Shown: positions 61,036 through 64,000 of the stretch, piece after piece
Numbering within the stretch: position 1 is the first letter of the stretch
How the letters are laid out: each line of letters begins with the position of its first letter
Source: Chlorokybus atmophyticus
Lineage: Eukaryota; Plantae; Mesostigma and Chlorokybus algae
DNA: 64,000 nt
NCBI GenBank assembly: GCA_009103225.1
Contig: RHPI01002048.1
Span: 409,357 to 473,356, forward strand
Direction of reading: 5' to 3'
Made by a program: the position numbers and the translations under genes
Notes under the pieces: model-generated
What the model was told of the DNA's origin: nothing
Databases searched by the model: none
The model's input: the letters and a program-made list of their open reading frames with translations, nothing else

Positions 61036-63089
61036 TCATGCAATCACTGGTATTTCAAGTTCGATGTTGTCTATCAACCTCACTGCACCATACTTCACCG
61101 CCACGGCCATGACGGACGGTGTCGCAATGACATCGCAACGCTGCAATGACTCCCGCTCCACCACCTGTGTGACACACTTGTTTCAAGCTTACTCCACACA
61201 CACTCTCACCCACACACATTTGTCGTGCACATCGATTGTACACACAGTCACAATGCCACGCACCTCTACGTACTCAACACTCCCTCCACTCGACTTGATG
61301 ACATGCTCCACTTCAGCAGCGAGCGCGCGCGTATCCACACTACCAGACTCGACCCTTTCGCGAGCAGCAAACAGGGCCTTGCTTATACTCACAGCCTGCA
61401 ACACCAATTGTGTACCCTTCGTTAATTCATGCACATTGTTGGCACAAATCACAGTTATGTTGGTTCGTACTCCCACCTGCAGGCGATGTTGCGGCGTGAG
61501 TCGCGTGTTGCGGCTGCTCATGGCGAGGCCGTCATGCTCGCGTGCGACGGGTGCGCCGACGATGTTGACGGGGAAGTCGAGGTCCCTGGCCATGCGGCTG
61601 ATGATGCGCCACTGCTGGTAGTCCTTCTTGCCGAAGACCGCCACATCGGGCTCAGTGATGTTGAAGAGCTTTGCTACCACCGTTGCAACGCCACGGAAGT
61701 GACCAGGACGGCCACCACCGCACAGCGGCAGCTGTGGATGTTGATTACCATTGAGGGTAGGAGTACGTGCGTGCATGTGAGCCCATATGTGCGTGGATGC
61801 AAGCATGCCCCTATGCATCCACGCGCCCACGCCCACGCCCACGCCCACGCATAGACGCATGTGTTCAACTTGTATGTCTCGTGGTTGTCACATGTTCACA
61901 CAAGCGCACCTACCTGCAGGTGTTCTACTTGTATCCATGTCTCATGCTCAACACCTTGGTCCCTTATGTACAGGTCTCGTGGGGTGAATACAGCCTCAAC
62001 ACCTTCTTCCTGATACATCAAGACACAACTTAGCACAGTCGGTACCCAGACACTTTACAAAGTCCACCACCCGCTCTCTCGCTCCCTACATATACACATA
62101 CACATACGCATACGCATGCATGCACACATGCGCGCACTCTGAGCATGGCGAGGTCCTGCTCGAGGGTGCGCGGGTAGGTGGCAAGGTCCTCACTGGGGCC
62201 AAACTGCGTCGGGTTTATGTAGATGGTTGCCGCCACCACATCCGCGTGCTGCTTCGCTAACCTGCGCACACAACAGAAGTCACACACACTTGTGTTGTAT
62301 GTGCAACGGCACGCGCACGCATGTGGATGCGCGCTAAGTGCATGCACATGTGTGTGCGTGCGTGTGCGTGAGTGCACGTGCGTGCGCTTGCGGCATACAC
62401 ATAGCAACGGCAACGTGATGTGTCTCTGCAACACGCTTTAAGTCGTTGCTGCCTGCCTTACGAGTGATATGTGGCCAGCGTGCAGCGCGCCCATTGTGGG
62501 CACCAGCGCCAGCGTCTTGCCCTCACGCCTGCGAAATTTACAAGCGCATTACACGGTTGCATGTTGAGTGAAAGGATGAAGCGACAGGACAAGAAAGACG
62601 CTGATTCACAGCGGTTACTGTCTGATAAACAAACTGCTGTTCCAGCACGCGCGCTGTGATTGCGTGGGATTCGCTGCTGCAAGTAGTCGTGGGAGTTTCA
62701 GCTAATGCCACTGCCACTGAGAACTGTTTGTATAGTTGCTTGGTACAAGCACACTCACGTTATGAGCTTTCAATCACTTCTCGCAAAAGGCAGAACGATG
62801 AATCAGAGGTGACGCGCTGCTGCATGCAGTCAATCAGTAGGTAAGAAACTGCACTGTCGTTGTGGGTTGCAAAGCATTCTCACAATCGCGGCCAGTGCAC
62901 ACCCAGCGGCACAATGTGGGTGAGATTCCACTATGATAATCATTGCACGAGGGAATGGGCAACTGCTTCTCCGCTTGACCACCGCTCTCATGCAGCAGGG
63001 AAAGGATCAAACAGCCAGATGGAACGGACGCCCCACCTCCGGCGGCGTGACCAGGCGCGCATGGCGTCCGCATCCTCTATCACTTCCAT
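61036..63089 (-). CDS. panC: Pantoate-beta-alanine ligase (pantothenate synthetase), 7 exons
   Basis: [89 protein letters not shown]. One intron needs a GC donor. Confidence 0.95.
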
Positions 63090-63297
63090 GCCGACTCTCA
63101 CCCTTTCCCTCCTCGTCTCCCTCCTCCTCTGCCGCCGCCTCTTGCTCCGCCACCGCCGCCGCCGCCAACCACAACGCCAACGCCAGCAATGCCGCCACCG
63201 CGTAACGCTTTGCTGAGTTTTGAACTGTGGCAGCAGCATGCGGCGAGCCGGGTTTTGTCTGAGCTGTGCCTGGGTATGCGGTTACTCAGTTCAGTTG

Positions 63298-63388
63298 CTG
63301 CGCTACTACCTTGTGGTATACAGTATACAGTATACCACAAGGTAGTAGCGCAGTAGTGAAGCTGCCAGTATACCGTATACTGGCAGCT
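63298..63388. repeat. Two adjacent perfect inverted repeats (24-bp stem/8-nt loop; 14-bp stem/1-nt spacer)
   Basis: CTGCGCTACTACCTTGTGGTATAC-agtataca-GTATACCACAAGGTAGTAGCGCAG and AGCTGCCAGTATAC-c-GTATACTGGCAGCT. Confidence 0.95.
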
Positions 63389-63559
63389 CGGTAAACGACC
63401 ACTTGGCTGCAGTCAGCTTAGACATACCAAGGGGTCCAAGAGGATTGTGACTGATGAGTCGGTTGTTGTTGTTGTTGTTGTAGATGTATGCTCTCATGTA
63501 CTTGCGCTCAAGTGCGTGCTTGTTGCTGTTCGCATATGTGGCGGGCTTATGCCCCTGTC

Positions 63560-64000
63560 CTTGTGTTGTTGACAATCCATATCTAGCTCCACACCAGCAG
63601 CTCATCTTCACCCTACTTGCACTGCATGAGTGCACCTATCACACACACACACACACGCACGCACGCACTATCGAGAGTTGCAACATGGCTTGGTTGTTGT
63701 TCTTGCCGCTGTTCTCCGCTTCATTGACATCATGCTCGCCCTTGCTCAATCACAACCAAGCCAGCCCCTCTCCATGGCACCCCCCCCCAACACCATCCAT
63801 GCACACGTCCCAATACGACACTACCCATTGGTAAGAGCTCTCTCGCGCATCATCACGTTCTCTCCGTTTCCAAACACCACCGCTCATCATCGCTTCTTCA
63901 TCGAGGGCGCTGAGGTCAGTCCCGCCGGCGCGACCGTGTTGCGCCTGGCTGCGGCGGCCGCGGAAGGCGGGTTGCCGTAGTGCCACACCTGGGGGCGGGG
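63560..64000 (-). CDS. Probable 3' exons of a gene entering from the right edge; product unidentified
   Basis: GC-rich, coding-like stretch at 63900-64000 and an exon-like segment KGEHDVNEAENSGKNNNQAMLQLSI followed by a GT donor. Frame not resolved. Confidence 0.3.

Noticed and set aside
45781-63089. Prokaryote-like gene cluster (GT2, uvsE, panC) as an operon or contamination
   Set aside because: All three have spliceosomal introns, lie in mixed orientation and are interleaved with clearly eukaryotic genes.
63007-63198. Signal-peptide-like ORF overlapping the panC start
   Set aside because: It begins with GTG rather than ATG and is an alternative frame of a GCC-rich 5' region.
1-64000. Alternative genetic code (TAA/TAG=Gln) as in some ulvophytes
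   Set aside because: Host genes terminate at the expected positions with TAA (PCD, CGI121), TAG (CCS1, SET) and TGA (WDR12, PanC). In-frame stops were found only in decayed elements and the pseudogene.

Overview
Eukaryotic nuclear DNA from an intron-rich green alga, probably a streptophyte alga judging by plant-type SC35, PanC, HYD1/EBP, CCS1 and a plastid-type LOG-like protein. It uses the standard code: host genes end in TAA, TAG and TGA. About 13 multi-exon housekeeping genes were assembled by hand from splice sites: DUF393/DCC oxidoreductase, pterin-carbinolamine dehydratase, WDR12/YTM1, LOG-like, CCS1, sterol isomerase, a PHD+pre-SET/SET methyltransferase, an API5-like/RRM/SPOC protein, SC35, a GT2 transferase, CGI121, UV-damage endonuclease and PanC. 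There are two accessory zones. (1) A frameshifted SLC13/SLT-type transporter pseudogene (about 16-23.5 kb) whose introns hold a nest of non-coding mobile elements: a 490-bp TRIM with a GATAT target-site duplication (TSD), a second older TRIM whose LTR is split by a 1.5-kb terminal-inverted-repeat (TIR) element, a pogo/Tc1-like MITE with a GGTTAC array, tandem repeats and a tRNA-like segment. (2) A full-length but inactivated Ty3/gypsy chromovirus (53801-59627, TSD ATTTG). The best novelty candidates are: an extra ~130-aa domain resembling a DIRS/Dam-type N6-adenine methyltransferase between gag and protease in the chromovirus; an exact 20-bp PPT/LTR junction shared by that chromovirus and the tiny TRIM, suggesting an autonomous/non-autonomous pair; and tRNA A-box motifs at the 3' end of the LTRs of both TRIM families. 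At least four GC-AG introns were also found. All family assignments come from motif recognition, not database searches.
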